From contig JBAXGO010000004.1 of the NCBI GenBank assembly GCA_037139335.1, forward strand, positions 1-40,062: a stretch of DNA of 40,062 nt, given 5' to 3'. The notes beneath the pieces were generated by a model. The model saw only the letters and a list, made by a program, of their open reading frames with translations, was not told where the DNA came from and did no database searches. Positions within the stretch are counted from its first letter, which is position 1. Every line of letters starts with the position of its first letter. The stretch is from a bacterium (GTDB lineage: Bacteria; Patescibacteriota; Dojkabacteria; JAOAGR01; JBAXGO01). Positions 39,101-40,062 of this stretch are shown here, piece by piece. The position numbers and the translations under genes were made by a program.

Positions 39101-39322
39101 ATGGCTAATGCTGAAAGCTCTTCAAAAGGTAATGATTTATTAAAAGAGGCTCTTAGCGAGGTCGGATATGATTATGTTCTTAATCTTGGAGGTCGAAGAG
39201 TTGTTGCAATGCTTACGAAAGGAATTACAATACCTTCTGTAGGTACAGGTACTCGAGGCGGTTGTATTAAAAAAATAAGTGAGCAATGTGCAAAAACAAG
39301 AAATGAAACAAATAATTTATAA
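39101..39322 (+). CDS. Small hypothetical protein (73 aa), possibly a remnant
   Basis: ATG after an AT-rich leader with TATAAT upstream. No motif. Confidence 0.45.
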   Translation: MANAESSSKGNDLLKEALSEVGYDYVLNLGGRRVVAMLTKGITIPSVGTGTRGGCIKKISEQCAKTRNETNNL

Positions 39323-39344
39323 TTGATATTTTAAATATAGTTGT

Positions 39345-39874
39345 AATGTTGCTATGAGGTATCTCGTCGGAATATTTTATAGGTTTAATTGATTTTCTCG
39401 AATAGAAAACCTCTTTGTCCCTAAGGGTGACATTTTAAAGTTGTCATGGTGAGCTCGTCGAACCATGATGTAGGATTTCCATCAGTCGCCCTTCGACAAG
39501 CTCAGGGTGACATTCCCTTCGACAAAGCCTGTACTGAGTTTGCCGAAAGTGCTCAGGGTGACATTCCCTTCGACAAAGCCTGTACTGAGCCCTCCGAAAG
39601 TGCTCAGGGTTACATACATCAAATGCTGTCACAGCTAAAAGTGAAGCGAAGATGGTAAGATTTTAATAAATATGAATAATGTATAGTTTTCTTAAAAACT
39701 ATAGAACCGAATTTTGTAGTGCAGCGTCAGAGGACTGAATTAGCAAACGTACAAAATTCTTGACCTTTGGAGATACCTTTCTGTTAAGAGAAAGGTATCA
39801 GAAGAAAAAGAAAGTGTTGAATAAACAAACGAATTATTCAGAAATACTGGATCCCAGCTTTCGCTGGGATGACA
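39345..39874. repeat. REP-like hairpin mosaic VI, including 51-bp tandem nested elements
   Basis: Doublet at 39442-39512, filled elements at 39515-39563 and 39566-39610, hairpin GATACCTTTCT/AGAAAGGTATC at 39772-39799, TGGATCCCAGCTTTCGCTGGGATGACA at 39848-39874. Confidence 0.88.
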
Positions 39875-40010
39875 ACAAGGAAAAGACAACAAGGAAAAGA
39901 CAACAAGGGAAAGACAACAAGGGAAAGACAACAAGGGAAAGACAACAAGGGAAAGACAACAAGGGAAGGGCAACAAGGGAAGGGCAACAAGGGAAGGGCA
40001 ACAAGGGAAT
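39871..40010 (+). repeat. 14-bp tandem repeat x10 (GACAACAAGGGAAA and variants)
   Basis: Ten contiguous units with no spacers. Confidence 0.97.
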
Positions 40011-40062
40011 GTCAAGTCCCCATATCTTAAGACAAGTCTTCTATGTCTTTAACCGCCGATGT

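Noticed and set aside
39489-40010. CRISPR array
   Set aside because: The 51-bp and 14-bp repeats are contiguous with no unique spacers, and there are no cas genes.
40010-40062. Possible IS terminal inverted repeat (TGTCAAGTCCCC...GACA)
   Set aside because: No partner repeat or transposase is visible before the window ends, so it cannot be supported.
1-40062. Alternative genetic code (TGA=Gly, as in Gracilibacteria/Absconditabacteria)
   Set aside because: Conserved genes are full length under code 11, and several end at TGA (2330, 17047, 26470).

Overview
This is an AT-rich bacterial chromosomal window with standard stop-codon usage (TGA terminates genes). Gene content and near-absence of Shine-Dalgarno sites suggest a CPR/Patescibacteria genome, which is an inference. 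The left 13 kb is a surface-glycosylation island: a two-domain GT4, a polyprenol-P-mannose synthase-like GT2, two GT-C transferases, GtrB-GtrA-flavoenzyme, manC, rmlC, rmlD and a PAP2 phosphatase. Next come an LPXTG protein, an unannotated 52-aa ORF, a PGRP-type amidase, a DinG helicase, two orphans, PrmA-like and stand-alone RnfD-like genes, a transketolase C-subunit, a membrane trypsin-like protease, mutS and an ACT-less RelA/SpoT homologue. The right end holds a 1143-aa tail-fibre-like surface protein with a 450-bp internal duplication, gapN, an archaeal-type tpiA, secG, a peptide-binding protein and tRNA-Val(CAC). The most unusual signal is non-coding. All five gaps between convergent protein genes, plus the right end, are filled with mosaics of several GC-rich REP/REPIN-like hairpin families. 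These show compensatory base changes, interchangeable hairpins between fixed flanks, and nested inverted self-insertions, with empty and filled alleles both visible. No transposase, CRISPR or prophage is evident.
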